Positions 26,273 to 37,694 of a stretch of 64,000 bases of DNA are shown piece after piece (position 1 is the stretch's first letter; every line of letters begins with the position of its first letter). The position numbers and the translations under genes were made by a program. The notes below the pieces were generated by a model that saw only the letters and a list, made by a program, of their open reading frames with translations, ran no database searches and was not told where the DNA came from. The stretch covers positions 57,724,001 through 57,788,000 of the forward strand of contig CM059432.1 of the NCBI GenBank assembly GCA_030390025.1, written 5' to 3'. This DNA comes from Squalus acanthias (lineage: Eukaryota).

Positions 26273-27945
26273 TGTAGAATTCGCAAATTATCGCGATTTC
26301 AAAATAATGAGAAAGAGACATACAGTTTCGTAAAAACAGTTTTATTTCAGCAAAATGCTGTCATGTTTCAAAACGGACACAAGCAGCCTGTAAAATGGCC
26401 ACCACGCCTCGTGGCAGAAGGTTCTAGACTTTCAGTAGGCAGACAAGATGGCGTTTCAATAAACATTTCAGCAAGATCGGACAGGACTCAGCATATTGAG
26501 ATAAGACAAGACGAGATCGTTTTGCATTTTAACACCCAAGCAAGGAATATAAGTGCTGGAATCGGGTTTTCCATGCACAAATGAGAGCTATTGTACTGGG
26601 CAATCAAGGGCCCCATCCAAAGACATTGATACGCAAATTCCCCACGGCTCTACGATGAGAGAGCCGTTCGCGGGTACTCACAGCAAGAATTCGGAGGCCC
26701 CCAAAACCCCTCCAGGGAGACTCCTAGCCGGTTCCACAATGGGAGAAACATTAACGGGTACTTAGACAGTTACAAGTATCACCGAAACCCATTAACGACA
26801 AGTACCACCCCATACAAGAAGTTTGAGCGCCAAAAATGACAAAAGATGAACATTAAGATTGGGCGGGAGATAAAGAATTACAGTACTATAACTGTAGTAA
26901 ACGAACGTCCATCTTTCTCTCTTGATTCGACCCCTGGCTCTCGTTTGCGGCCCACCGAGCTCTTGGTCCGCTGATCTTCCGGGAGTCAACCTCGTGGCTT
27001 GCCGCGAAGATCTGTGAAGAGCTGGGCTGCGAAGGCCGGTAAGCGGGTACACCATCCCGAGGGTCGGTAGACGGTGTAGGGACCCGAAGGCCCGACGAGA
27101 CGAAACAAGACAAGAAGAAGAAGAAGACGACTGCACGTGCCGCCGCGGTCAGTAAACCCCGACCGCGCCTGTAAACATAAAGACCATTTTTGAACTCTAC
27201 AGGGTACTGCATGAACTGGTCAAAAGACTCTTCTTTGAATTTTACCGGCTAACTGGTGTCGGTCCAGAAAGACTCTTCTTTGAATTCTACCGGCTAACTG
27301 GTGTCGAGCACAGGAAGACTCTTCTTTGAGATTTATCAGAGTTCCGAGGTCAACACAGATCTTCATGACAGCAGACGGTCCAGCCTGCTAGCCGGAGCAA
27401 AGTGAGTAAACAAGTGGGGTACAGAGACCCCTGATCAACACGTGAATAGTCAGGTGCTGTGGTGAAACCATCCAAGCATCGTTTTAGAATTCTCCGAGTT
27501 ATCACGAGTGGTGAGCATGGTTCTCGATCCTACAGATCTAGATTAGGACAGGTATTGATAGGGGAGGGTTTTTGTTTTAAGGATAATTATAATGTGTGCC
27601 CCTTTTTACGATGTGTCGTGCGCTCCTCGTTTCCCTAAACCTAGTTGCATAAAGGTATGTAAGTTTGTACTGTCATTAATCTGTGCTCATGACATGTATT
27701 TCGTAATCTTGAATAATATGCAATAAAGATTTTCCATTTCGTACTATCCAACCGGGTCTACCTGAGTTTTTCTCTGCATTTACTGCTCTCGCACCTAAGT
27801 CCAGTGTCAGAACCGTAAGGGCGAGTGGGTCGAACCACTCACAGGTGTCTAGTGCTACCAGGCTGGCTGGAGACCAGAACAGGCAACAAGGCCTAACCCC
27901 GCACTAGCACCCAGGCTAAGCACAGAGCCACGCGAACCCCTTACA
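26273..27945 (+). mobile_element. Solo LTR (1673 bp)
   Basis: TGTA...TACA ends, perfect GCTT TSD (26269-26272, 27946-27949) splitting CR1 ORF2 at ERLGML|RVDKSPGPDG; AATAAA 27722-27727; internal ~45-nt tandem repeats 27222-27330. Confidence 0.88.
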
Positions 27946-29035
27946 GCTTAGAGTGGATAAGTCGCCTGGTCCAGATGGCTTGCATCCCAGGTTGCTAAGG
28001 GAATTGGGGGAGGAGATAGCAGAAGGGCTTGCCATAATTTTCCAATCTTCCCTAGATGCGGGGGAGTTGCCCGGGGATTGGAAAGTGACAAATGTGACAC
28101 CATTGTTCAAGAAAAGGTGTAAGGACAATCCTAGTAACTACAGACCGGTCAGTTTAACATCAGTGGTGGGTAAAGTTTTAGAAACAATAATAAAGGAAAA
28201 AGTTAACAGGCACTTGGAGACGTTTAAGCTAATTAAGGAGAGCAAATGCGGATTTGTAAAAGGCAGATCATGTTTGACTAATCTAATTGAATTTTTTGAT
28301 GAAGTAACAGGGAGGATTGATGAAGGGAATGCAATGGATGTTGTTTACATGGATTTTAGGAAGGCGTTTGGCAAAGTACCACATAGAAGGCTGGTTAACA
28401 AAATTGAGGCTCATGGAAGTGATGGGTCAGTGGCAGCTTGGACAGCGAGTTGTGGTAAATGGCTGTTTTTCAGACTGGAGGATGGTAGACAGTGGTGTTC
28501 CCCAAGAGTCAGTGCTGGGGCCACTGCTTTTTCTGATATATATAAATGACCTGGATATTGGAATACAGAGTAGAATTTCTAAATTTGCATATGACCCCAA
28601 ACTTGGGGGTGTGGCAAACAGTGAGGATGATACCAATCGACTGCAACAGGACATAGAAAGGCTAGCAGAATGGGCAGACAAGTGGCAGATGGAATTTAAT
28701 ACAGAGAAGTGTGAGGTGATGCATTTTGTCAGAAGGAACAGGGAGAGGCAATATACACTTAATGGCACAGTTTTGAAGAGTGTGCAGGGACAGATGGACC
28801 TGGGAGTTAATGTGCATAGGTCCCTGAAGGTGGCAGGACATAATGAGAGAGCGGTTAGCAAAGCATATGGGATCTTGGGCTTCATAAATAGAGGAATTGA
28901 GTACAAAAGTAGAGAAGTTATGCTGAACCTTTATAAAGCGCTAGTTAGGCCACAACTGGAGTATTGCGTCCAGTTCTGGTCACCACACTTTAGGAAGGAT
29001 GTGAAGGCACTTGAGAGGGTGCAAAGTAGATTTAC

Positions 29036-32000
29036 TGACAGACCGCATTGCGGCGCTGGAGCTGCGGATGGATGCATACTGGAGCATTTGCGATGCTGAG
29101 GACATCGTGGATAGCACGTTTAGGGAGTTGGTCACACCGCAGGTAAAGGGTGTACAGGTTGGAAGGGAATGGGTGACCACCAGGCAGAGTAATAGGCGCA
29201 GGCAGGTAGTGCAGGGGTCCCCTGTGGCCATCCCCCTCTCAAACAGATATACCGCTTTGGATATTGTTGAGGGAGATGGCTTATCAGGGGAAGACAGCAG
29301 CAGCCAACTTCCTAGCACCGTAGGTGGTTCTGCTGTACAGGATGGGAGGAAAAAGAGTGGGAGAGCTATAGTGATAGGGGATTCTATTGTCAGGGGAATA
29401 GATAGGCGTTTCCGCGGCCTCAAACGAGACTCCAGGATGGTATGTTGCCTCCCTGGTGCAAGGGTCAAGGATGTCTCAGAGCGGCTACAGATCATTTTGG
29501 AAGGGGAGGGTGAACAGCCAGTTGTCGTGGTGCATATAGGTACCAACGATATAGGTAAAAAACGGGATGAGGTCCTAAAAGCAGAATATAGGGAGTTAGG
29601 AGGTAAATTAAAAAATAGGACCTCAAAGGTAGTAATCTCAGGATTGCTACCAGTGCCACGTGCTAGTCAGAGTAGAAATAGAAGGATATTTCAAATGAAT
29701 ACGTGGCTAGAGGAATGGTGCAAGGGGGAGGGATTCAAATTCCTGGGGCATTGGAACCGGTTCTGGGGGAGGTGGGACCAATACAAACCGGACGGTCTAC
29801 ACCTGGGCAGGGCCAGGACCGATGTCCTAGGGGGAGTGTTTGCTAGTGCTCTGGGGGAGGGTTTAAACTAAAATGGCAGGGGGTTGGGAACCTGAGCAGG
29901 GAGACAGAGGAAAGGGAAACAAGGATAAAAGCAAAAGATAGGAAGGAGAAAAACAAAAGTGGCAGTCAGAGAAAACAATGGTTTAAATCAAACATGGCCA
30001 CAGTAAATACTAATTCTAATAGGTCTAAGAGCATTAAAAAAACAAGCCTGAAGGCTTTGTGTCTTAATGCAAGGAGCATTCGGAACAAGGTGGATGAATT
30101 AGCTGCGCAAATAGAGGTAAACGAATATGATTTGATTGGGATTACCGAAACATGGCTCCAGAGTGGCCAAGGCTGGGAACTCAACATCCAGGGGTACTCA
30201 ATATTCAGGAAAGATAGGCAAAAAGGAAAGGGAGGTGGGGTAGCATTGCTGGTTAAAGAGGGGATTAACACAATTGAAAGGAAGGATATTAGCTCTGATG
30301 ATGTGGAATCTGTATGGGTTGAACTGAGAAATAACAAGGGGCAGAAAACATTAGTGGGAGTGATATAGAGACCTCCAAACAGTAAGGCGGAGGTTGGGGA
30401 TGGCATTAAACGGGAAATTAGAGAAGCGTGCAATAAGGGCACAGCAGTCATCATGGGTGACTTTAATCTACATATAGATTGGGCTAACCAAATTAGTAAC
30501 AATACGATGGAGGAGGAATTCCTGGAGTGTTTACGGGATGGTTTCCTGGACCAATATGTAGAGGAACCAACCAGAGATCAGGCCATCTTAGACTGGGTAT
30601 TATGCAATGAGAAAGGATTAATTAGCAATGTTGTTGTGCGAGGCCCCTTGGGTCGGAGCGATCATAATATGATAGAATTCTTCATTAGGATGGAGAGTGA
30701 AGTAGTTGACTCAGAGACTTGGGTCCTGAATTTAAATAAAGGAAACTACGATGGTATGAGGTGCGAGTTGGGTAGGATTGATTGGGGAATGTCACTCAAA
30801 GGGTTGACGGTGGATAGGCAATGGCAAACATTCAAAGACCGCATGGACGAACTACAGAATTTGTTCATCCCAGTGTGGCATAAGAATTAAACAAAAAGGA
30901 TGACTCAACTGTGGCTAACAAGGGAAATTAGGGATAGCATAAGATCCAAGGAGAGGGCATATAAATTGGCCAGAAAAAGCAGTAACCTTGAGGATTGGGA
31001 GCAGTTTAAGATTCAACAAAGGAGGACAAAGGGATTAATTAAGAAGGGGAAAATAGAATACTAGAGTAAGCTTGCAGGGAACATAAAAACTGACTGTAAA
31101 AGCTTTTATAGATATGTGAAGAGAAAAAGATTAGTGAAATCAAGCATAGGTCCCTTGCAGTCAGAATCAGGGGAACTTATAATGGGGAACAAAGAAATGT
31201 CAGACCAATTAAATACATATTTTGGTTCTGTCTTCACAAAGGAGGACACAAATAACCTCCCAGAGATGTTGGGGAACATAGGGTCTGATGAAAGGGAGGA
31301 ACTGAAAGAAATCAGTATTTGTAGGGAAATGGTGTTCGGGAGATTGAAGGCCGATAAATCCCCAGGGCCTGATAATCTACATCCTAGGGTACTTAAGGGA
31401 GTGGCTCTAGAAATAGTAGATGCATTGCTGATCATCTTCCAACATTCGATGGAATCTGGAACAGTACCCATGGATTGGAGGGTAGCTAATGTTACCCCAC
31501 TATTCAAAAAGGGTGGTAGAGAGAAAACGGGGAATTACAGACCGGTAAGCCTGACATCGGTAGTGGGGAAAATGCTAGAGTCCATTATAAAAGACGTAAT
31601 AGCTGAGCACTTGGAAAACAGTGACAGGATCGGACAAAGTCAACATGGATTTACAAAAGGTAAATCATGCTTGACTAATCTACTGGAATTTTTTGAGGAT
31701 GTAACTGGTAAAATAGATAAGGGAGAACCAGTGGATGTGGTGTATTTGGACTTCCAAAAGGCTTTTGATAAGGTCCCGCATAAGAGATTAGCATGTAAAG
31801 TTAAGGCACATGGATTGGGGGCAAGGTATTGATTGGATAGAGAACTGGTTGGCAGACAGAAAGCAAAGAGTTGGAATTAACGGGTCTTTTTCCGAGTGGC
31901 AGGCAGTGACTAGTGGGGTACCGCAGGGATCGGTCCTTGGACCCCAGCTATTCACAATATATATTAATGATCTACACAAGGGAACTAGATGTAATATCTC

Positions 32001-32928
32001 CAAGTTTGCAGACGACACAAAGCTGGGTGGGCGTGTGTGCTGCGAGGAGGATGCCGAGAAACGCCAGGATGATTTGGACAGGTTGGGTGATTGGGCAGAA
32101 GCGTGGCAGATGCAATATAACGTGGATAAATGCGAGGCTATCCACTTTGATGTCAAAAACAGAAAGGCAGATTATTATCTGAATGGCAATAGATTGGGGG
32201 AAGGTGAAGTGCAACGAGACCTGGGTGTCCTTGTGCACCAGTCGCTGAAGGTAAGCATGCAGGTGCAGCAGGCGGTTAAGAAGGCAAATGGTATGTTGGC
32301 CTTCATAGCGAGAGGGTTTGAGTACAGGAACAAGAATGTCTTGCTGCAGTTGTACAGGGCCTTGGTGAGACCACACCTTGAGTACTGTGTGCAGTTTTGG
32401 TCGCCTTATCTGAGGAAGGATGTTCTTGCCATGGAAGGAGTTCAGCGAAGATTCACAAGGCTGATACCTGGGATGGCAGGAATGACGTATGAAGAGAGAT
32501 TGGGTCGATTGGGCTTATACTCGCTGGAGTTTAGAAGAATGAGAGGGGATCTCATTGAAACTTATAAAATTCTGACAGGACAGGACAAACTAGATGCAGG
32601 AAGGATGTTCCCGATGGTCGGGGAGTCCAGAACCAGGGGTCACAGTCTAAGGATAAGGGGTAAGCCATTTAGGACAGAAATGAGGAGGAATTTCTTCACC
32701 CAGAGAGTGGTGAACCTGTGGAATTCTCTGCCACAGAAGGCAGTAGAGGCCAATTCATTAAATAGATTCAAGAAGGAGTTAGATATATTTCTTAAGGCTA
32801 AAGGGATCAAGGGATATGGGGAGAAAGCAGGGACAGGGTACTGAATTTGGATGATTAGCCATGATCGCATTGAATGGCGGAGCAGGCTAGAGGGGCCAAA
32901 TGGCCTACTCCTGCTCCTATCTTCTATG
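29036..32928 (+). mobile_element. Inner CR1 LINE with most of ORF1 (SGNH esterase) and disrupted ORF2 (APE endonuclease and RT)
   Basis: ORF 29011-29871 with GDSIVRG and VVHIGTND esterase motifs; ORF2 pieces 29994-32844 with LNARSIRNK, ITETWL, MGDFN, YRPVSLTS, FADDTK; several stops and frameshifts; ttctatg tail. Confidence 0.95.
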
Positions 32929-33639
32929 ATACCAGAATGGTTCCGGGGATGGGGGATCTCAGCTACAAGGACAGGTTGGAGAAGCTGGATTTGTTTTCAT
33001 TAGAGCAAAGGAGGTTGAGGGGTGATTTGGTAGAGGTGTACAAGATTATGACGGTTTGGGTAGGCTCGACAGGGAAAGGCTGTTCCCACTAGTTGATGGT
33101 ACAAGGACCAGGGGAGACAGATTTAAGGTTTTGGGCAAGAGATACAGGGGTGATGTGAGGGAAAACCTTTTTATGCAGCAAGTGGTGAGGACCTGGAACT
33201 CGCTGCCGACAGAAGTGGTGGAAGCGGAGACACTCAATGTTTTCAAGGGGAGACTGGATAGGCACTTGAGGGAAATAAACTTGCAGGGCTACGGGGATAG
33301 AGCAGGGGAATGGGACTGACTGGATTGCTCTACTGAGAGCCTGCACGGACTCGATGGGCCGAATGGCCTCCTTCTGTGTCGTTGTGACTCTATGACTCCA
33401 TTTCCGAGTCAGTTTGAGCCTTAGCATATGATTTATATTCCACAAGTTTGGAGTCAGTGTGAAGCCAAAGCCACTTGCCACCAACGCTAAACTTATGTGA
33501 ATGCACCCTTAAGGAATATACTAAGGGAACATTACCAGTGAATCTGTGATCAGATTACACAAACTGACACAGATTGCAAACCCGTTTCAATGTAGAATCC
33601 ACCGTTATTTTTAGCAGATAATTTACAACTAAACGGGTC

Positions 33640-34140
33640 CCATTTTTTTCCAATAGGAACGTGTGATTGGGCGCTCTGTGGGGGTGGACGCCTCGGCCAG
33701 CTGACCTCTTGCTCCAGGTGCAGGGTCTGCGGTTCAAACTGCCCGCCTCCTGGGGTCAGAGGTTGGGGGTCAGTGCTGGGGTGAAGCAGTTCCGGGAGCG
33801 GATGGCGGCCCGCTTCCCCGCCGTGCGGAGGATGGGGACCTTCACCTTCGTCGGTGAGTGTTTACCGGAGAGAAACAAAGCGCGGCCCCGGGCCGGGGGG
33901 GACATTTAACCTCCGTGGGAGCGGAGGCCGTGGACCGACCCTCACCTGAAGCGGCCGAGGCCGGCCTGTGGGCGGGGCTCAGTCGGCTTCCATTCCTCGG
34001 GCCGCTGCCGGTGTCTCCTTGCAGCCGGGGACCCGCCCAGCCGGGACTGTCCCACCCCTGCTCCAGCCGGCCCTGCCAATGATTGGTGACACGACCCCAA
34101 GCTGGCTCACCCACCACAACGAAATGTCCCCCCAGCATCA
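33640..34140 (+). promoter_or_regulatory. TATDN1: CpG-island promoter region of TATDN1
   Basis: GC/CpG-rich island around exon 1; CCAAT 33650, ATTGG 33666, GC box GGGCGGGG near 33970, CCAATGATTGG 34076-34086. Confidence 0.7.
33832..33853 (+). CDS. TATDN1: TATDN1 coding exon 1 (MGTFTFV+G); in-frame upstream ATG at 33802
   Basis: Strong Kozak aggATGG, 22 nt then GTGAGT donor; phase 1 joins exon 2 to give FVDIGINL, matching human MSRFKFIDIGINL. Confidence 0.88.
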
Positions 34141-34189
34141 GCTGGAGGGTTTTGTCTTCACTTTGCCCAGAAATGAAATGCAAAAAGAG

Positions 34190-34425
34190 CTAGGGAGTTA
34201 TCCCAGGTGTCCTGGCCAATATTTATCCCTCAATCAGCATCACTAAAAAACAGATTATCTGGTCGTTATCACATTGCTGTTTGTGGGAGCTTGCTGTGCG
34301 CAATGTTTCTGCCACATTTCCTACATTACAACAGTGACTACACTTCAAAAGTACTTCGTTGGCTGTACAACGCTTTGGGATGTCCTGAGGTTGTGAAAGT
34401 TGCTACATAAATGCAAGTCTTTTCT
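34190..34425 (+). mobile_element. 3' half of Deu-domain SINE
   Basis: Reverse complement of part of 19062-19300 (gtgtcctggccaatatttatccctcaa...tgggagcttgctgtgcgc). Confidence 0.75.
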
Positions 34426-34569
34426 TTCACTTTGCCCAGAAATGTGTTCTAAATGTTGATTTTTCTTCCTGACATCAGTCCTAAACTCGGCCCTTTACTT
34501 GTTTGAACCCTGCTCACTTGCCCTACTGCCATGGTTTTACCTTAAAAGTAATGGTCCAGATTTACCTTT

Positions 34570-34925
34570 TTTTTGTTCTCGGGATGTGGGCGACGCTGGT
34601 AAGTCCACATTTCCCTCCTCCCCCATCCCTAGTTGTCCTGAGAAGATGGTGGTGTTGGGCCCTTTTGAACTGTCGCAGTCCTCTGGGTGAAGGTGGTCCC
34701 ACAATGGTGTTGGGTAGGGAGTTCTAGGATATTGACAAAACGACAATGAAAGAACAATGAAATGTGCCCAAGTCAGGATAGCGAGTGACCGAGAGAGAAC
34801 TTGGTGGTGATGGTGCTCTCTGACATTACTGATCTTGTCCTTGGTTGTAGAGCTCACATGGGACGTAACTGCTGTCGAAGTAACCTTGGTTAGTTTCTGC
34901 AGTACATCCAGTAGATCGTACATGC
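34570..34925 (-). mobile_element. 3' end fragment of the 19500-20760 non-LTR family
   Basis: Aligns by eye with 19520-19870 (cccttgagaag, cccacagtgctgctagggagggagttcc, aagtcaggat). Confidence 0.65.
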
Positions 34926-35247
34926 ATGATCATCAATGTTTTTACATTGCATTTGTTACGAACAAAGACTAAACAGTAATGTAGACTGAATTAGTTAAAT
35001 CGTGTACTCGAAAAGCCTGTCTTTTCCCTTCAATGATGCTGATAACATTGGAGAAGGATGAATTTCAGGACCAAGGACATTGCACTGTAAAGATTGGCAA
35101 ATGTAAATAAATAGGGTAGGTGGAGAAATATTGAGCTTAAAGAATGATTAATTATTAAGATTGAAACACAAGCTTTTAAAACACGGGCTTTTCATCACAG
35201 CAAGGGGTAGCGTGAAAGCAGAAGGTTGCTGCAATATAAAAGGCAAT

Positions 35248-35954
35248 GGCCTGAAATTTGCGGTCAGTGGCGAAGCAAAGGCATTCGCCACTGGCCCCGA
35301 AGAAAGTGCCTACAGCTTCTCTGCGAGAAGTTTGCCTTTTTTGACGCGTAAGTGATTTCAGTGCAATAGAATAGGGAATCCCTTGTGCGCTCTGCTGTGA
35401 TGTCAACAAGCTGTCTAAGCAGCCAATCACATTGCAGAATTCTCATGCAGGGAAGCAGGAAATGAAAACCTGCTTTTATCCTGACTTTAAAAATGTTAGA
35501 GAGCAAAAAAAAGATTGGGCCTCATACATAGGGATAAGGTGGAACCTGAAATATCATTAGCAAACGTCTAAAAAAAAAAATGATTTTTTTTAAAGTTTCT
35601 TAAAAATTGTAATTTTTATCATAATGAAGAAATTTGACACTCCACAAAATTAAAATTAGTTTTTCAGGGTCATAATGTTTGTTTAGCAGTTAAAACCACA
35701 GTTACACCTAATTCAACAAGGCCTAACATTTTAATGCGGTAGTTAACAGCGATATTACTGCGGAAAAGCCCAAGTTTCCATCACTTTCACTGATTGCTGG
35801 CTATGGGGGCGGGTGCATCAATGACTGACTACAACGTCAGGATTTCCGCATTTAGATGTGCATGCGCTATATCCTGACGTTGCGGTCAGTTTCAAAGGGG
35901 TAATAACGGCGACGTTGTTAGTTTGCCGTTATTACCCACAGCAAATTCCGGCCC
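35248..35954. mobile_element. Harbinger-type MITE with AAT TSD
   Basis: TIRs GGCCTGAAATTTGC and GCAAATTCCGGCCC; AAT at 35245-35247 and 35955-35957; AT-rich centre. Confidence 0.8.
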
Positions 35955-37694
35955 AATATGTTGCGATTAGAGCATGCATCAAAGATTGTTTACAACAAAA
36001 CTATGGCAAGAGAAAGGCAGTGATAGGAAGTAACAATATGGTGTGAAAAGACATGGGGCCTCTCATCTCTTTGCCAATCGGTTCAAACAACTGGGTGGTC
36101 ATAAAACATCAGGTCGTGTTGCATCCAGCAGGAAGAAGATCATAAAGAAAATGGTATAAAGAGAGATGCCACATTTTTACTTGATTAGAAAGGAAGAGAC
36201 CTCTTGCTACCTTCGAAGCCCGGTGGCGTGAACAGGCTTGGAGAAGCCATCTTCACGGTTCCTCATTAATTCCACACAAGTTTTAGACGTTAGGATAATG
36301 TGCGCTGCTATGTTTAGGTTGTTTAACATTATGATTTTGTCAATAATAAATGAAGTAAATTATCAGACTTATTACTGTCTCTAGCTTTATGAATCTTTAA
36401 AGAGTAAAAGACTTCTCCAACAGTACATACACCAGCCATAGTGTGCTGATGATGGAGGGGGTGGATATTGAGCCCAGTGGCATAATATCTTGAATACTTC
36501 AATAAGGTTCCCCTTCGGTCACCCTCTTTCAAGATTGAAGAGTCCTAGTGTTCTCTAATTACCCCTCACAGGTCAGTCTTTGTTGTTCTTCACTGTATTG
36601 CCTCCAAGGCTAGAATAATTCCTTGTGTCAAGGTAGCAAAACTCAATACAGTACTCCGTGTGGGCTAACTTATACTCTATGGATTTGTAACAGTGACATT
36701 TTAAACCAAAATAAGTGAATATTTTGCCCATGAGCGCCATTTGACATGTCTACGAACTGACTAGATTGAGAATCAGCATGGATGCAACCCTCTAACCAGA
36801 ACTGAAATGCTGGCAACTGGGACATAATATCTGGAGTTAGTGCCGTGCAGCCCTGGATTTAATTTGGATCTGCCAAATGCCATTTGTTAGAAAGGAGATG
36901 CACTGATTTTGGTTTTGATGTCCATCACCTAAAAAAATGAACCATTTATTTTTATGTTTACATGGTTGTGCAATCTGTGTTAGCTCTAAAATGTCTCCAT
37001 TGCTTCCGATATTGACAGCACTGTATCTTCGAATATATGGGCAGGGTGTGAGCTACCGTATAACGTGGAATTGTAGTTTACTTTGCACATTGTAATCGGG
37101 GTACTACAATTGGTGCCTTTGGCTAGGAAGCAGAAAGATGAGCCACCATTCCTGTTCCTGATTATTACAAAGTGACCTCTGCAAGAGGGCGAGAACAGTA
37201 TCTGGCTTGGCTGGAATCTGGCCCCGCTCTAGGTTCACACGTAAACAAATGCTACTCGGGTGGTGTTTGTAGGAATGTACTCCCACCATGAGCCAGTATC
37301 TTCAAGGAGGAAGGAAACATATATTTAAAAAAGTATTAAAGTGCTAAAAACATTTGAAATAGTTATCGCTTTAAGTCATTGCTCCCTCTTTGATTTTTGC
37401 ATACAAAACTTTTACCTGTCTTTTGCAGCAGTTTTGTCTTACTTTTTTAGGCTGTCAGAGTGAAGATTAAGATTTAACTTCTGTTTTGGATAAATTCATT
37501 AAGATAAATGTACTTTAGTAATCTCTCTAAGGCCACGTGATCACAGGGCAGAGTGTTATTAGTGCATATCAAGAATCTGGACTTGTCCAATTCGCAGCTG
37601 GCACGGTTTTCCATCAGTTGGTTTTAATGAATGGAAAATCATGTGTGGCGTGAATCAGGTGCACTCATCTCCGCCTGAATTCCCAGTATGTGTT

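Larger units (their letters stand above)
23960..33395 (+). mobile_element. Near full-length decayed CR1 LINE (outer), split by a solo LTR and an inner CR1
   Basis: ORF1 coiled coil plus SGNH esterase (IVVGDSLVRG) about 23960-24800; endonuclease (ILGDFNYPNIDW) 25166-25879; RT 27950-29035; resumes at about 32929 (TRMVPGMG) and ends in a gactctatgactc tail near 33395. Confidence 0.9.

Noticed and set aside
25886..26584. 232-aa ORF as a novel fusion protein
   Set aside because: CR1 ORF2 reading by chance into the inserted solo LTR at 26273.
29011..29871. Stand-alone SGNH/GDSL esterase gene
   Set aside because: It is the ORF1 esterase domain of a CR1 LINE, directly followed by ORF2, and lacks its true start.
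36208..36250. Possible minus-strand first exon (MASPSLFTPPGFE) in TATDN1 intron 1
   Set aside because: Weak donor (GTAGCA), no recognisable homology, no partner exons.
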